Below, piece by piece: positions 35,589 to 50,267 of a stretch of DNA of 64,000 nt. Where the stretch lies: contig JAJVID010000004.1 in assembly GCA_022072205.1 (NCBI GenBank), forward strand, positions 10,242-74,241, read 5' to 3'. Each line of letters opens with the position of its first letter. Positions within the stretch are counted from its first letter, which is position 1. This stretch comes from Acidobacteriota bacterium (GTDB lineage: Bacteria > Acidobacteriota > Blastocatellia > RBC074). The notes beneath the pieces are model-generated. The model did no database searches, had not been told where the DNA came from, and worked only from the letters and a program-made list of their open reading frames with translations. The translations under genes and the position numbers were made by a program.

Positions 35589-36215
35589 CTATTTGCGCCA
35601 AATCAGTCCGGCATCGCTTTGCTCGGCTGACCCGACCGGAAACGCCCGCTCCCAACGCCGCTTGACGCCTTTCATCATCGAAGGATAGATGATCCATTTC
35701 AGCATCGGCGTGATCAGCGCCATATAAATCGGCGTGAACCAGTTGAGCTTCTTCACGTAGACCGCCATCCAGAGTTCGTAGCCGCTGGCGGTTTCCTCCG
35801 CCGCCATCACCCAGAAACAATGCACTGTCCGGTTGATGATCTCGGCGAGCATTTCGCGTTCGAAGCAATAGAGCACGCGGCTGATCCCTTCGACCTTGCC
35901 CGGCGTCACGAGCGAGCGAGCGCGTTCTTCCGCGCTCAATCGCGTCAACCAGGTATGCGAGACGATCAATTCTTCCGCGTCCTCCCAACGCAGGATGCGT
36001 CCGATCATCGAGCGCAACCAGAAGAGCGCCTTCGTGACCGGGCCGACCTCCATCTCGCCTTGATCGCTGAAGCCGGCGATTGCGCTGATCTCCGGCAACG
36101 TCATCCCGGCGCGCCCGCCCGGCAATTCCACACAATGCAAGGTTCGCAACGGCACACCTGCCAGAAAGCTGTGAACGCGCAACGGCAGGCTCCCAAATTC
36201 GTTTGATCGTTTCAT
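35589..36215 (-). CDS. Hypothetical protein
   Basis: 208-aa ORF with reasonable codon usage and no motif I can name confidently. Confidence 0.4.
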   Translation of the reverse strand: MKRSNEFGSLPLRVHSFLAGVPLRTLHCVELPGGRAGMTLPEISAIAGFSDQGEMEVGPVTKALFWLRSMIGRILRWEDAEELIVSHTWLTRLSAEERARSLVTPGKVEGISRVLYCFEREMLAEIINRTVHCFWVMAAEETASGYELWMAVYVKKLNWFTPIYMALITPMLKWIIYPSMMKGVKRRWERAFPVGSAEQSDAGLIWRK

Positions 36216-36386
36216 CTCTTCCTCCCCTGGTTAAGTGATTGCAGTCTCTCCTCAATGGCGCAAGACATATGCCATCCCGTGTTGGGCGGGCCTTCTCAAC
36301 ATTTCGGCCTGCCACGCGGGCCGCAATCGCGGGCATTCAGGCGCTGTGCGGGGGAACTTACGCAACGTGGGAACGATTACTCAGCC

Positions 36387-38963
<2,577 letters not shown>

Positions 38964-39235
38964 TGATTGCGATCTGAATCGGCAACCGGCGTGCCGGACA
39001 AATTTCTCAGCGCCTGCAAAACGCCGTCCGGATTTTCCGCCAAAGATGGCGGAAAGTTACCCACTATCGTTGGACGGGATGCGAAAAAACACTCTGTGTT
39101 CACAGCCGGGGAAGCGCAATCCCTATGACCAGCATGAAATCACACGCGAATTTTCTGGCTGTCAAAATCGGAACGCCAATTGCGAAACAACGCGCCGGCA
39201 TTGTGAATGGGAAACTTATTTGAGATGTTCGATAT

Positions 39236-40666
39236 ATGAACGACACAACAAAAAGTATTTCACGCCGCTGGCGCAGGATCGTGATCGCATTCGCCCTCGG
39301 CATGGTGGCTGCGCCGAACCAGAGCTTGATCGTTTACGGGCAGGACGCCACCGGCGGTTCAACGCAGGCGACGCGGCAAGCAAGCGCGCCTGAAGCGTTG
39401 ACGCTGCCCCTGGCCGTGGAGATCGCCCTGCGAACGAATCCGTTGATGCGGGCAACGGCTGCGGGCCGCGAGATCGCAGACGCTCAGGCGCAGGAGGCGA
39501 AGGCCGGGCGTTTTCCGTTGGCGCAACTCAGCGAGACCTGGACAAATGGCAACAACCCGGTCTTCGTCTTCGGTTCGCTATTGGAACAGGGGCGCTTCAC
39601 GCAGCAGAACTTCGACCTGCTATCACTGAACAATCCCGGCCCGCTCAACAATTTTCGCTTTGGCGTGACGATCAAAGCGCCGCTCTTCGACGGGCGGCAG
39701 ACGGCGATGCGCGTCGCCGTCGCCAAACTCAATCAGAAACAGGCTGACGCGCAAACCGATCAGATGGCGCAGCGGATTCGCTTCGAGACGCTCAAGGCGT
39801 ATTACGGAGTTTTGCTGGCGCAGATGAAGAAGGAGGTCGCCGACGAAGCGGTCAAGCTGGCTGAGGCCGATGTCAGACGCAGTGGCGACCGCGTCGAGAT
39901 CGGGACAACTGTTAGCTCGGATTTGCTCTCGGCGGAAGCGCAACTGGCCGAATTTCATCAGCAACAGATTCAGGCCGCCGGCGAGGTCGTCATTGCGCGA
40001 GCGGCGTTGAACATTGCGCTCGGCTTGCCGGTGGACGCGCCACAGAACGTCAGCGGGCGGCTCGTCGCTAAAACTTTCAACGTGGCCAGCCAGGACGAGT
40101 TGATGCGGACGGCGCTCGAACATCGTCCGGATTATTCGCGCGCCGCATTGGCCAGGGATTCGCGGCGGGAACAATGGAATGGCGCGCGCAATGAATTTCT
40201 GCCGCGCGTTGACGTGTTCGCCAACGCTGGCGTAAGCCGCAACAACTGGGCCAGCGGAAGCGGCGATTATCTGATCGGCGCCAGCGTCACGTTCAATCTG
40301 TTCGACGCCGGACGCAGCGCCCGCATCGCCGAGACGCGGGCAGCGGCTGAACTGGCCGCGAGCGAACATGAACATCTGGCAAATCAGATTCGCCTCGAAG
40401 TCGTGCGCGCCTATCAGGAATACGTCTCCGCGCGCGAACGGCAGGCCGTCGCCGAGCGAGTCATCAGCCACGCCACTGAAGCCTTGCGCATCGTGCAGGA
40501 TCGTTACCACGAAGGATTGACGACGATCACCGAAGTTCTGCGCGCCGAGACGGCGCTGGCGCGGGCGCGTTTGAACCTGCTCGCGGCTCGCTACGAGCAC
40601 TACGTCGGTTACGCCAATGTTTTGCTGGCGAGCGGCAGATTGACGGATGTTGAGCCATTTGTTTGA
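39236..40666 (+). CDS. TolC-family outer-membrane efflux protein (OMF)
   Basis: 476 aa with a signal peptide and two tandem OEP repeats rich in coiled-coil ([15 protein letters not shown]..., ...[15 protein letters not shown]). Confidence 0.85.
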   Translation: MNDTTKSISRRWRRIVIAFALGMVAAPNQSLIVYGQDATGGSTQATRQASAPEALTLPLAVEIALRTNPLMRATAAGREIADAQAQEAKAGRFPLAQLSETWTNGNNPVFVFGSLLEQGRFTQQNFDLLSLNNPGPLNNFRFGVTIKAPLFDGRQTAMRVAVAKLNQKQADAQTDQMAQRIRFETLKAYYGVLLAQMKKEVADEAVKLAEADVRRSGDRVEIGTTVSSDLLSAEAQLAEFHQQQIQAAGEVVIARAALNIALGLPVDAPQNVSGRLVAKTFNVASQDELMRTALEHRPDYSRAALARDSRREQWNGARNEFLPRVDVFANAGVSRNNWASGSGDYLIGASVTFNLFDAGRSARIAETRAAAELAASEHEHLANQIRLEVVRAYQEYVSARERQAVAERVISHATEALRIVQDRYHEGLTTITEVLRAETALARARLNLLAARYEHYVGYANVLLASGRLTDVEPFV

Positions 40667-40675
40667 GGTATCACA

Positions 40676-40838
40676 CCACGTAGTAACGAATAATGGTCTT
40701 TGAGTAAATAACGCAACACCAGCGTAGGGGCGGGTTTTCCCCGCCCAGGCCCCTCAATAGCGGATCCGGGCGGGGAAAACCCGCCCCTACGCTGGTGTTG
40801 TAGTTAATTTTCAAACGCCATTATTCGTTACTACCTGG
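40676..40838. repeat. Composite palindromic element: family-A-like termini (CCACGTAGTAACGAATAATGG / CCATTATTCGTTACTACCTGG) enclosing a GC-rich hairpin
   Basis: Outer inverted repeats seen directly. The inner palindrome 40724-40800 is CAACACCAGCGTAGGGGCGGGTTTTCCCCGCCC...GGGCGGGGAAAACCCGCCCCTACGCTGGTGTTG. It lies between the OMF and adaptor genes of the efflux operon. Confidence 0.75.
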
Positions 40839-40854
40839 TTTTTCTGAGGAAGAG

Positions 40855-42048
40855 ATGAAGACGAAATTTGCCATTCTGGCGGCGGTCGGATTGTTGATGA
40901 TGACGGCCGCGTCGTGCGGAAAAAAGCCGGAAGTCGCGGCGGAGAAACCTCCTGTCGTCAAAGGCGCGCGCGTCGAGCGAGTTTCAATCTCGCCGATTGA
41001 GAATTACTACGAAGCGACGGGCACAGTGCGATCAAAGACGACGACCGTCTTGTCGTCAAAGATTATGGGAACGGTCATCAGCTTGCGCGCGCGCGAAGGC
41101 GATAAGGTCAGCGCCGGTCAGGTCCTGATCGAGATTGATAATCGCGACGCGAACGCGCAACTGCAGAAAGCCGACGCCGGTTTGCGGCAGGCGCAGGAAG
41201 GCCTGGCTGAAGCCGAGCAGGCGACGGGCGCCGCGAAATCGGCGCAGGCCGCCGCCGAGGCCAACAAGCGGTTGGCCGATTCGACCTACGCCCGCTACCA
41301 GGCGCTGTTCGAGCGAAAATCCATCAGCCCGCTGGAATTCGATGAAGTGAAAGCCCGACAGGAGATGGCCGAAGCCGAAGCCCGGCGAGCCGCCGATACG
41401 CTGAAGATGCTGGCGGCGAAGAGGCGACAGGCGTTGGCGCAGATAGATCAAGCCAGGGCCGAGATCGCCAACGCGCAGGTCCAGGTCAGCTATGCGCGCA
41501 TCGTTTCTCCGATCAGCGGCGTGGTGGTGGCGAAGCAGACGGAGGTCGGTTCGACGGCGACGCCGGGGACGCCATTGTTGACGATTGAAGACAGCGCGCG
41601 TTACCGGCTCGAAGTCGCCGTCGAGGAATCACAACTCGGCAAAATCCGAAGAGGTGAGCGGGCGCGTGTGCGAATTGACGCGCTCGGCGCGGACGATCTG
41701 GAAGGTAGCGTTTCTGAAATCACTCCCGCCGCCGATCCGATGAGCCGCAGTTACACGGTAAAGATTGATCTGCCCGCGCGCCAAAGCTTGCGCTCCGGTT
41801 TGTATGGCGCAGCCCGTTTCGCCAGCGGTCAGAAGCAGGCGATCCTGATTCCGCAGAAGGCCGTGACGGTGCGCGGTCAGTTGGCCGGCGTTTTCGTGGT
41901 TGACGACGCAGGCGTCGCCCGGTTGCGCCTCGTCAAAACCGGCAAGAGTTATGGCGAAAACATCGAGGCGCTGTCGGGTTTGAACGATGGCGAACGGATC
42001 GTGGTTGACGGCGTGACGAACGTGAATGACGGAGTGAAAGTTCAATGA
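40855..42048 (+). CDS. Efflux RND periplasmic adaptor subunit (HlyD/MFP family)
   Basis: Lipoprotein-like N-terminus (AASCG), long coiled-coil hairpin, beta-barrel/MP domains ([24 protein letters not shown]). Confidence 0.85.
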   Translation: MKTKFAILAAVGLLMMTAASCGKKPEVAAEKPPVVKGARVERVSISPIENYYEATGTVRSKTTTVLSSKIMGTVISLRAREGDKVSAGQVLIEIDNRDANAQLQKADAGLRQAQEGLAEAEQATGAAKSAQAAAEANKRLADSTYARYQALFERKSISPLEFDEVKARQEMAEAEARRAADTLKMLAAKRRQALAQIDQARAEIANAQVQVSYARIVSPISGVVVAKQTEVGSTATPGTPLLTIEDSARYRLEVAVEESQLGKIRRGERARVRIDALGADDLEGSVSEITPAADPMSRSYTVKIDLPARQSLRSGLYGAARFASGQKQAILIPQKAVTVRGQLAGVFVVDDAGVARLRLVKTGKSYGENIEALSGLNDGERIVVDGVTNVNDGVKVQ

Positions 42049-45000
42049 AGACCGAAATCGGATTGGCCGGAAAAGTCGCGCGGACCTTTATTGGCTCGAA
42101 GCTGACGCCGCTCATCGTCGTGGCCTCGATCCTGCTCGGATTGGGGGCGGTGGTGATGCTGCCGCGCGAAGAAGAGCCGCAGATCATCGTCCCGATGATT
42201 GACGTGTTTGTCGAGATGCCCGGCGCTTCGGCGCGAGAAGTCGTCGAGCGCGTCACCAGGCCGATGGAAAAGCTGCTCTGGGAAGTCCCGGGCGTCGAGT
42301 ACATCTACTCGACTTCATCGCCCGGTATGGCGATGGCGATAGTGCGATTTTACGTCGGCCAGGACGAGGAAGACGCGATTGTCCGGTTGAATCAAAAGAT
42401 GCTGGCGAATTTCGATTTGATTCCGCCGGGCGCGTCGCAGCCGCTGGTCAAGCCGCGTTCGATTGACGACGTGCCGATCCTGGCGCTGACGCTTTCGAGC
42501 GACCGTTACGACCATTTCACTCTGCGGCGCATCGCCGCCCAGGTTCACGACCAGATCAAACAAATCAACGATGTCTCCGAAGTGAAGATCATCGGCGGCG
42601 AGCGAAGACAGATTCGCGTCCTGCTGGACGAAGCCCGAATGGCCGCCTACAACGTCGCGCCCGCGGCCATTGTCCCCGCGTTGGAACAATCGAACCGCCA
42701 GTCGCAAGCGGGCGGGTTTTCATCCGGCAATCGCGAATTCCTGGTCGAGACCGGCGGGTTTCTGCATTCCGCTGAAGAGATCGGCGCCGTGGTCATCGGC
42801 GTCTTCAACGACCGCCCGGTCTATTTGCGTGACGTGGCGAAGATCGAAGACGGCCCTGAAGAGCCGGCTGATTACGTGATGTTCGGCTTGGGCGACGTAG
42901 CAAGTAAACACGAGCACAGCAATCCGCAATCCGCAATCCGCAATCCGCAATCCGTCCAGCCGGCCGTGACAATCTCCATCGCCAAACGCAAAGGCGTGAA
43001 CGCGATTGAGATCGCCGAAAAAGTCCTGGAAAAAGTCGAACATCTCAAAGGCAATTTGATTCCTTCCGAAGTCACCGTCGCCACGACGCGCAATTACGGC
43101 GAGACGGCGAGCGAAAAATCGAACGAGTTGCTGCTGCATATGATGATCGCCATTTTGTCGGTGGCTGCGTTGATCTGGCTGACGCTCGGATTGCGCGAAT
43201 CGGGCATTGTCGCGATTGCGATTCCCGTGACGCTGGCGCTCACCCTGGCGGTCTTTTACTTCTACAGCTACACGCTCAACCGGATCACGCTCTTCGCGCT
43301 GATCTTTTCCATCGGCATTCTGGTGGACGACGCCATCGTTGTGGTTGAGAACATCGCGCGCCATTACCGCTTGCCTGAAAACAAGGGGCGTCCGCTCGGC
43401 GAAATTGCGGTCGAAGCCGTGGATGAAGTCGGCAATCCGACGATCCTGGCCACCTTCGCCGTCGTCGCGGCGATTCTGCCGATGGCTTTTGTCGGCGGTT
43501 TGATGGGGCCATACATGAAGCCGATCCCGGTTGGCGCGACGGCGGCGATGCTCTTTTCCTTGCTGGTGGCTTTTATCGTCACGCCGTGGGCGAGCCTGCG
43601 GTTGATCAGGAAAGGCCAGGGGAGCGAAGGCGGGCACGAAGAGGGCGAAGAAGGCAGGCTGACAAGACTCTACCGCCGCGTGATGGGCAAACTCATTCGC
43701 GCGCCGAAATGGCGCTACGGTTTTTTGCTCGGCGTCGTGCTGTTGTTGCTCGCTTCGCTGTCGCTGGTTGGTTTGAAACTCGTGCGCGTGAAGATGCTGC
43801 CGTTCGATAACAAGAGCGAGTTCCAGGTTATCATTGACATGCCCGAAGGCGCTCCGCTGGAACAGACCGCCGCCGTCACGCGCGAGATCGGCGATTACAT
43901 TCGGACGGTTCCCGAAGTGACCGATTACCAGATGTACGTGGGCGCGGCCTCGCCTTACAACTTCAACGGTCTGGTGCGACATTATTTTCTGCGGCGCGGC
44001 CCGAACGTCGCCGACATCCAGGTCAATCTGGTTTCCAAAGACGAACGCGCCGCGCAGAGCCACGACATCGCCAGGCGGGTGCGCCCGACGATTCAACAGA
44101 TTGCCGTGAAGTACGGCGCTCGGGTGAAAGTCGCTGAAGTCCCGCCAGGGCCGCCCGTGCTGCAAACGCTCGTCGCGGAAATTTACGGGCCTGACTACCA
44201 GCGGCAGATCGAAATCGCCAGGCAGATTCGGGACATCTTCGACCGAACGCCCGGCGTGGTGGATGTGGATTCTTACGTCGAAGACGATCAGCCGAAATAC
44301 CGGTTCGTTGTGGACAAAGAGAAAGCCGCGCTCAATGGTGTATCAGCCGAACAGGTCGCCTCCACGTTGCGCATCGCGGTCGGCGGGATGAACGCCGGTC
44401 TGCTACACCAGCCGCAGGAAAAAGAGGACGTGCCAATTATGTTTCGACTGGCGCGCGCCGAACGTTCCAGCGTGGACGATCTCAAGCGGATCAAGGTGAT
44501 AGGTGAGCGCGGCAATCTCGTCCCGCTCGGCGAACTCGTGCGCGTCGAAGAGCAGGTCGCCGACAAAAGCATCTACCACAAGAACCTCATGCCGGTGACT
44601 TACGTGACGGGCGATGTCGCGGGCAGCGAAGAGAGTCCGGTCTACGCGATTCTGAAATTGAATGAAGCGATTGATGAGCTGAAGCTGCCGGAAGGTTATG
44701 CGTTGGAACGTTACGTCGCCTCACAGCCGTTCCTGACTGATAAGTACGCGATGAAGTGGGACGGCGAATGGCACATCACCTATGAAGTCTTCCGCGACCT
44801 CGGCGTCGCTTTCGCCGCGGTGTTAGCGCTGATCTACATTCTGGTAGTCGGTTGGTTCCAGTCATTCAAAACGCCTTTGACGATTATGGCGGCGATTCCA
44901 TTCTCGCTGATCGGCATTCTGCCCGCGCACGGATTGATGGGCGCGTTTTTCACGGCGACCTCGATGATCGGATTCATTGCCGGCGCAGGAATCGTCGTGC

Positions 45001-45356
45001 GCAATTCGATCATCCTGGTGGACTTCGTCGAACTGCGCCTGAAACAGGGAATGCCGCTTGCAGAAGCAGTCATTGACGCTGGCGCCGTGCGTTTTCGCCC
45101 AATGATGTTGACAGCGGCGGCGGTAGTGGCCGGCGCGTTCATTATTCTGTTCGATCCGATCTTTCAGGGCTTGGCGATTTCGCTGATGGCCGGAGAAATC
45201 GCCTCGCTGCTGTTGTCACGAATGACCGTTCCGATTCTCTATTACCTGAGCGAGCGCCGAAAGCGCGCCTCGCCAGAGGCGATGGGCGATTTTTCAGAAC
45301 CAACGGATTCAGTTACGGAAAATCACGCGGTCACTGAGGTCGAATTGGCCGATTGA
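42045..45356 (+). CDS. Efflux RND permease (AcrB/CzcA superfamily), with an in-frame heptamer-repeat segment
   Basis: 1103 aa with a 12-TM RND architecture ([14 protein letters not shown]..., [12 protein letters not shown]). The start overlaps the adaptor stop. The [13 protein letters not shown] segment is encoded by (GCAATCC)5 at 42919-42956. Confidence 0.9.
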   Translation: MKTEIGLAGKVARTFIGSKLTPLIVVASILLGLGAVVMLPREEEPQIIVPMIDVFVEMPGASAREVVERVTRPMEKLLWEVPGVEYIYSTSSPGMAMAIVRFYVGQDEEDAIVRLNQKMLANFDLIPPGASQPLVKPRSIDDVPILALTLSSDRYDHFTLRRIAAQVHDQIKQINDVSEVKIIGGERRQIRVLLDEARMAAYNVAPAAIVPALEQSNRQSQAGGFSSGNREFLVETGGFLHSAEEIGAVVIGVFNDRPVYLRDVAKIEDGPEEPADYVMFGLGDVASKHEHSNPQSAIRNPQSVQPAVTISIAKRKGVNAIEIAEKVLEKVEHLKGNLIPSEVTVATTRNYGETASEKSNELLLHMMIAILSVAALIWLTLGLRESGIVAIAIPVTLALTLAVFYFYSYTLNRITLFALIFSIGILVDDAIVVVENIARHYRLPENKGRPLGEIAVEAVDEVGNPTILATFAVVAAILPMAFVGGLMGPYMKPIPVGATAAMLFSLLVAFIVTPWASLRLIRKGQGSEGGHEEGEEGRLTRLYRRVMGKLIRAPKWRYGFLLGVVLLLLASLSLVGLKLVRVKMLPFDNKSEFQVIIDMPEGAPLEQTAAVTREIGDYIRTVPEVTDYQMYVGAASPYNFNGLVRHYFLRRGPNVADIQVNLVSKDERAAQSHDIARRVRPTIQQIAVKYGARVKVAEVPPGPPVLQTLVAEIYGPDYQRQIEIARQIRDIFDRTPGVVDVDSYVEDDQPKYRFVVDKEKAALNGVSAEQVASTLRIAVGGMNAGLLHQPQEKEDVPIMFRLARAERSSVDDLKRIKVIGERGNLVPLGELVRVEEQVADKSIYHKNLMPVTYVTGDVAGSEESPVYAILKLNEAIDELKLPEGYALERYVASQPFLTDKYAMKWDGEWHITYEVFRDLGVAFAAVLALIYILVVGWFQSFKTPLTIMAAIPFSLIGILPAHGLMGAFFTATSMIGFIAGAGIVVRNSIILVDFVELRLKQGMPLAEAVIDAGAVRFRPMMLTAAAVVAGAFIILFDPIFQGLAISLMAGEIASLLLSRMTVPILYYLSERRKRASPEAMGDFSEPTDSVTENHAVTEVELAD
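42919..42956. repeat. Tandem heptamer array (GCAATCC)x5 inside the RND permease gene
   Basis: Same heptamer as the palindromic arms in glgP at 20612-20718, seen directly. Confidence 0.8.
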
Positions 45357-45439
45357 TGAACAAAAAGGAGTATAAAACGGAAGAGTTGAAAAAACGCATC
45401 CAGCGAATGTTGGATGGAATGAGGGATAGTCGCTCATAA
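45356..45439 (+). CDS. Possible 27-aa lysine-rich micro-ORF ([27 protein letters not shown]) between the RND and formate dehydrogenase genes
   Basis: The ATG overlaps the RND stop (TGATG) and the stop lies 7 nt before the fdh start. The segment is markedly A-rich against a roughly 63% GC background. There is no homology evidence. Confidence 0.2.
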   Translation: MNKKEYKTEELKKRIQRMLDGMRDSRS

Positions 45440-45446
45440 AAATCCG

Positions 45447-48155
45447 ATGCTGCGCGTAACGATAAATTTTAAAACTCATGAATTCCCTGAAGGCTGGACA
45501 ATTCTTGAGGCGGCGCGTTCGTTAGGGCTTGACCTGCCGACGCTTTGCCACGACGACCGCCTGCGGCCCTGCGGCAGTTGCCGGCTGTGCCTGGTGAATG
45601 TGAAGGGACTCTCTCATCCGGCGACGGCGTGCAACACACAGTTGGCCGGCGGGATGGTGATTGAAACCCACGCGCCGGAACTTGAGAACACGCGCCGTCT
45701 GTTGCTCCGGGAAATGATTGATGAGTATCCAGCCGAGCCAGTCAGAAATTTCCCCGAAAAGCCCTTCCATCGCTGGTTGATCCATTATGGTTTGACGAAC
45801 GAATGCTCGGGAACCGCTACCCCTGCTCTCGCCGACGACACGCACCCTTACATTCACGTAGATATGTCGCAGTGCATTACGTGTTACCAGTGCGTGCGGG
45901 TCTGCGAGGATTTGCAGGGTCAATTCGTATGGCAAGCCATGTTTCGCGGAGCGAGGACGCACATCTTCCCCGATTCACCGCCGGGGGCGAGAGAATCGCT
46001 GCGCGACAGCTCATGTGTCAGTTGCGGCGCGTGTGTGGACGTTTGCCCGACCGGAGCGTTGGAGGACAAGTCGTTGATCGAGCGCGGCGCGCCAACCGAG
46101 TGGACCAGGACAACCTGCCCATATTGCGGCGTGGGCTGTGAAATGAACGTCGGCGTAAGAGAGCAGCGGATCGTCACTATCAGACCGGCTCTCGATGCCC
46201 CGGTCAGCAAAGGCCATTTATGTGTGAAAGGGCGCTATGCCTTCGACTTCGTTTACGCCGCCGATCGAGCGACGAGTCCGATGATCCGCGCGCCGGAGGG
46301 TTGGAAGAGCGTTTCGTGGGATGAGGCGATCGCATTCACCGCCGAGAAGCTGGCGCAGATTGTCGAGCGTGACGGCGCGGACAGCGTCGGTCTGCTGGGA
46401 TCAGCCCGAGCGACCAACGAAGAGAATTACCTTACCCAGAAGTTCGCCCGCGTCGCGCTGGGAACCAACAACGTTGATTGCTGCGCGCGCGTTTGCCATG
46501 CGCCGACTGCGGCGGCGATGAAAGCGATCCTGGGGACCGGCGCCGCGACCAATTCATTCGACGACATCGAGCAAGCTCGAACCATCCTTGTTTGCGGCTG
46601 CAATCCGACTGAAAACCATCCGATTGTCGGCGCGCGCATCAAACAGGCTGCCCGGCGGGGCGCAAAGCTGATCGTGAGCGATCCGCGCCGCATCGAGCTG
46701 GCCGAATACGCCGATCTGCATCTCCCGCTGCGGCCCGGGACGAATGCGCTTTTGCTCAACGCCCTGGCCTCCGCCATTGTCGAAGAAGGTTTGTTCGATG
46801 AGCAATTCGTCGGCGAGCGGGTGGGCGAATGGGAAGACTTCAAGGAATTCATTCGCGCATATGCCCCGGAACAAATCGCCGGCCTGTGCGGCGTGGAGGC
46901 GAAGCTGATCCGCGAAGCTGCGCGGCTCTATGCGACGGCTAAACCCGCGCTCAGCGTTCACGGTCTCGGCATGACCGAACATTCGCAGGGAACGGAAGGC
47001 GTCATGTGCCTCGTCAATCTGGCGCTGCTGACAGGAAACATCGGCAAGCCCGGCGCCGGAGTGAACCCGCTGCGCGGACAGAACAATGTGCAGGGATCGG
47101 CGCATATGGGGTGTGAGCCTGGCAACCTGACCGGCTTCGTCTCCATCGCCGACGGCAAAGAACGGTTTGAAAGCGCCTGGCGAGCCGTCTTACCCGCGAG
47201 CCGCGGGCTTAACCTGATGGAGATGATGGACGCGGCGGAGCAGGGAAAGTTGAAAGCGCTCTGGGCAATCGGCTACGACATCCTGCTGACCAACGCCAAC
47301 GCGCATCGCACGCGACAGGCCTTGAGGAACCTCGAGTTGGTGATCGTGCAAGACATGTTCTTGAATGAAACCGCCAGAGAGTTCGGAACGGTCTTTCTGC
47401 CGGCGGCTTCCTCTTTTGAAAAAGACGGCACGTTTATGAACGCCGAGCGACGCGTCCAGCGCGTGAGAAAAGTGATTGAGCCAATCGGCGGGGCGAGGGC
47501 CGATTGGGAGATCATCTGCGAGATCGCCCGCGCTATGGGAAAGGGCGAGCATTTTGCCTTTCGTTCGGCTGAGGAAATTTGGAATGAAGTCCGAACGGTT
47601 TGGCCCGTCGGGCGCGGCATCTCTTACGACCGGATCGAAAACGCCGGGTTGCAGTGGCCTTGCCCATCCGAAGATCATCCCGGAACGACGCTCTTGCACG
47701 CCCGGGAATTTCCGACGGGTAAGAGGGCGGCGCTGCGCAGAATAGACTATTCAGCCACGCCCGAAGTTCTATCCAACGAGTTTCCGCTCCTGCTCATCAC
47801 CGGCCGCAAGCTTTATCAATTCAACGCCGGAACGATGACCATGCGCACGAGAAACGCCGAATTGTATCCGACTGATTGCCTGGATATTTCACTTCACGAC
47901 GCTGAGCGACTCGGCGTGGCCGACGGAGAATGGGTGCGCTTATGCAGCCGTTATGGCGAAGCCGTATTACCGGTCAGAATAACTTCGCAGGTTAAGCCCG
48001 GCGAGCTATTCGCCACTTTTCACACAACCGAAGCCTTCTTGAACAATCTTACCAGCCCGTTCCGGGATCAATACGTCGCCACGCCCGAATATAAGGTGAC
48101 CGCAGTCAGGCTTGAAAAAATCCAACCTCTCCCAATGTCAGGGAATCGCGAGTGA
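45447..48155 (+). CDS. Formate dehydrogenase alpha subunit (NAD-linked FdsA/FdhA type: 2Fe-2S, 4Fe-4S and molybdopterin domains)
   Basis: N-terminal 2Fe-2S (LCHDDRLRPCGSCRLCLV), 4Fe-4S clusters (CITCYQCVRVCE, CVSCGACVDVCP, TTCPYCGVGCEM), a molybdopterin oxidoreductase core, and active-site CCARVCHAPT (a Cys, not Sec, variant). Confidence 0.9.
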   Translation: MLRVTINFKTHEFPEGWTILEAARSLGLDLPTLCHDDRLRPCGSCRLCLVNVKGLSHPATACNTQLAGGMVIETHAPELENTRRLLLREMIDEYPAEPVRNFPEKPFHRWLIHYGLTNECSGTATPALADDTHPYIHVDMSQCITCYQCVRVCEDLQGQFVWQAMFRGARTHIFPDSPPGARESLRDSSCVSCGACVDVCPTGALEDKSLIERGAPTEWTRTTCPYCGVGCEMNVGVREQRIVTIRPALDAPVSKGHLCVKGRYAFDFVYAADRATSPMIRAPEGWKSVSWDEAIAFTAEKLAQIVERDGADSVGLLGSARATNEENYLTQKFARVALGTNNVDCCARVCHAPTAAAMKAILGTGAATNSFDDIEQARTILVCGCNPTENHPIVGARIKQAARRGAKLIVSDPRRIELAEYADLHLPLRPGTNALLLNALASAIVEEGLFDEQFVGERVGEWEDFKEFIRAYAPEQIAGLCGVEAKLIREAARLYATAKPALSVHGLGMTEHSQGTEGVMCLVNLALLTGNIGKPGAGVNPLRGQNNVQGSAHMGCEPGNLTGFVSIADGKERFESAWRAVLPASRGLNLMEMMDAAEQGKLKALWAIGYDILLTNANAHRTRQALRNLELVIVQDMFLNETAREFGTVFLPAASSFEKDGTFMNAERRVQRVRKVIEPIGGARADWEIICEIARAMGKGEHFAFRSAEEIWNEVRTVWPVGRGISYDRIENAGLQWPCPSEDHPGTTLLHAREFPTGKRAALRRIDYSATPEVLSNEFPLLLITGRKLYQFNAGTMTMRTRNAELYPTDCLDISLHDAERLGVADGEWVRLCSRYGEAVLPVRITSQVKPGELFATFHTTEAFLNNLTSPFRDQYVATPEYKVTAVRLEKIQPLPMSGNRE

Positions 48156-48277
48156 CGGCAGTTACAGCAAGACCTGGTCATAGCTTTGTCCTTGGGCAAA
48201 CAGCTTGTGTACGAAGTGGCGTTTGACCGCTTCCTCTTTTCTGAACTTGCATAACAGGGAAGAGTTGCGCGGCGCAT

Positions 48278-48616
48278 TCAATTTCCCGGCATCTGCGAAA
48301 CGAACCACGCGATGATCGCGATGAAGATAATCGCCAGACAGGCGATGACGATCACAACGCCGCCCGGCATCAGGCCGTTTTCTCTAGTCTCGCCAGCTTC
48401 GGCCAGAGCGTCGGGCAATCGCCAGTTGTCATCGTCTAGCCGCAGAACGCCTGCGGTGTGATTATTATTTTGTGCCGTCTCGCCGTCGGGCGCGCCATTT
48501 GGCGGAATAGGAACGGCGGATTCTTTTTTCTTTCTGAGTCTGAACGGCCCGCCTTTCACTGCCTGATAAAATCGCCGCCTTCTGTTTTTTGATCTCCTGC
48601 CTCGTTTCATAGCCAT
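48278..48616 (-). CDS. Hypothetical protein with a basic N-terminus and C-terminal TM helix
   Basis: 112-aa ORF overlapping the corA stop by 10 nt. No motif. Confidence 0.3.
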   Translation of the reverse strand: MAMKRGRRSKNRRRRFYQAVKGGPFRLRKKKESAVPIPPNGAPDGETAQNNNHTAGVLRLDDDNWRLPDALAEAGETRENGLMPGGVVIVIACLAIIFIAIIAWFVSQMPGN

Positions 48617-49575
48617 TTGATTTTACGGAAGTAAAAGTAGAGCGCCAACCCGACAAGGAGCATTGAGACGAGCGCCCCGACGTAGCCGTAGCGCCAGCCC
48701 AATTCCGGCATGAACTGAAAATTCATGCCGTAAATTCCCGCGATCAGCGTGACCGACATCAGGATCGCCGAGATCGAAGTCAGCCGCTTCATCACGAAAT
48801 TCATTCGATTGCCCGACACCGACAGATACGCCTCCATCGCCGAGCCGACAATCTCGCGCAGCGCGTCAATCGAATCGGCCACGCGGATCAGGTGGTCGTA
48901 AACGTCCTGAAAATAGATCATCGTCTCGCGCGAAAAAACCGGCTGTTCGCGCCTGAGCAGCGTGTTGAAAACATCGCGCAAGGGAACCACGGCGCGGCGC
49001 AGAAAGATCAACTGCTTCTTGATTCTGAAAATATCGTGGAGCGCTTCCGGCTGAAAGTTCTCGAAGATTTGCGCTTCCAGTTCATCCAGACGATCGGAAA
49101 AATCGTCGAGCATCGGCATGTAATCGTCAATGATCGCATCCATCAGCAGGTAAGCGGGCAGCCCCGTTTTGCGCTCGGACACGTCGGCCCAGCGCCGCCA
49201 GAGATGCTGCGCTTTTTCAATGTTGCGGATCGGCTGGCTGTGAACAGTGACCAGGTAATTCGGGCCGAGGAAGATGTTCAGCTCCCGCAATTCCAACGGG
49301 CAGCCGGGTTTCATCTCGGCTTCGTACAGGACGATGAAGTAATAGCCCGGATACTCTTCGACCTTGGGACGTTGGTGTTCGTTGCGGCAATCTTCGATGG
49401 CCAGCGGATGAAAACCGAATTCACGCGCCAGTTCCTCGAAATCCTCGCTGGTCGGATCTGAGACATCAACCCAGACGATGTCGGAAGGATGAGAGCAGTG
49501 AACGGAGATAAGATCGGGATTGCTGACGTGAGTGAATGTTTGGGATGAGCGGTCGAGTACGAGGGTATTGATCAT
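48607..49575 (-). CDS. corA: Magnesium/cobalt transporter CorA
   Basis: YGMNF (GMN) motif before the last TM helices, and the characteristic acidic N-terminal domain. Confidence 0.9.
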   Translation of the reverse strand: MINTLVLDRSSQTFTHVSNPDLISVHCSHPSDIVWVDVSDPTSEDFEELAREFGFHPLAIEDCRNEHQRPKVEEYPGYYFIVLYEAEMKPGCPLELRELNIFLGPNYLVTVHSQPIRNIEKAQHLWRRWADVSERKTGLPAYLLMDAIIDDYMPMLDDFSDRLDELEAQIFENFQPEALHDIFRIKKQLIFLRRAVVPLRDVFNTLLRREQPVFSRETMIYFQDVYDHLIRVADSIDALREIVGSAMEAYLSVSGNRMNFVMKRLTSISAILMSVTLIAGIYGMNFQFMPELGWRYGYVGALVSMLLVGLALYFYFRKIKWL

Positions 49576-49620
49576 GGTGATTAGTGGTTAGTGGTTGGTG
49601 GCCAACCACCAACCACTAAT
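49576..49620. repeat. Hairpin ATTAGTGGTTAGTGGTTGGTGGCCAACCACCAACCACTAAT immediately upstream of the corA start
   Basis: Imperfect inverted repeat seen directly, lying between the lipoprotein gene stop and the corA start. A CCACCAACCACCAA motif recurs at 63791-63804. Confidence 0.5.
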
Positions 49621-50116
49621 TGGATGAATTGATCACATGCCCGCCGCCCAGCAGATCATTAATTGCGCGCAGGCGGATCTTTTTTACTTCATCAATCTGA
49701 GCTTCAACCGATTCGCGGGCTTCGAGCGGCAATGCGCGCGTGGCCGCTTCCAGGGTGCGCGTTTGTTTGAAGATCGCCTGCTCGATCTGTTTCAGGCAAT
49801 GATTGCGGTCTTTATTTTTCGCGGCGGGCAATTTGCGCGTGTAAGTGTCCGCGTAAATAACCAGCGCTAAAAACGCGCCCAGATCCTGCGCAGCGCTTTG
49901 GATCTGGTTGTCCTGCGAGAGCAGGGACGCGCTTTTAATTCGGGCCTCGGCGACTCTGAGAACCGCTTTGACGTGCGGCTTCGGATTTTGCTCCTTCAAA
50001 ATCATCTGCTTTTCGGTTTCGCTCAGCAGATCAGGCAATGGCAAATCGTCGGCCTGTTGCTGAGCGCAACCCAGAACAAAAAGCAGAAACAGAATGAAGA
50101 TCGGTTTCGGAAACAT
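49616..50116 (-). CDS. Putative lipoprotein (lipobox LGCAQQ)
   Basis: Signal peptide MFPKPIFILFLLFVLGCAQ; 166 aa, predominantly helical. Confidence 0.5.
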   Translation of the reverse strand: MFPKPIFILFLLFVLGCAQQQADDLPLPDLLSETEKQMILKEQNPKPHVKAVLRVAEARIKSASLLSQDNQIQSAAQDLGAFLALVIYADTYTRKLPAAKNKDRNHCLKQIEQAIFKQTRTLEAATRALPLEARESVEAQIDEVKKIRLRAINDLLGGGHVINSSN

Positions 50117-50267
50117 AACTAGGAACTCTTCCCCACTACTAAATGATCGTTAGTTGATCGTGTCAATATGGGGAGCCACTCGGCCAATAAAATATCACCC
50201 GGCGATTGCGAAACCAAACGCGATGAAATTGAGCCAGACCCGATGCGCTTGTGGCCGCAGCCGCAGA

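Noticed and set aside
38964-39235. Possible Mg2+ M-box riboswitch or leader upstream of mgtA
   Set aside because: I could not recognise the conserved M-box helices or sequence blocks in the minus-strand leader. This cannot be excluded without a covariance-model search.
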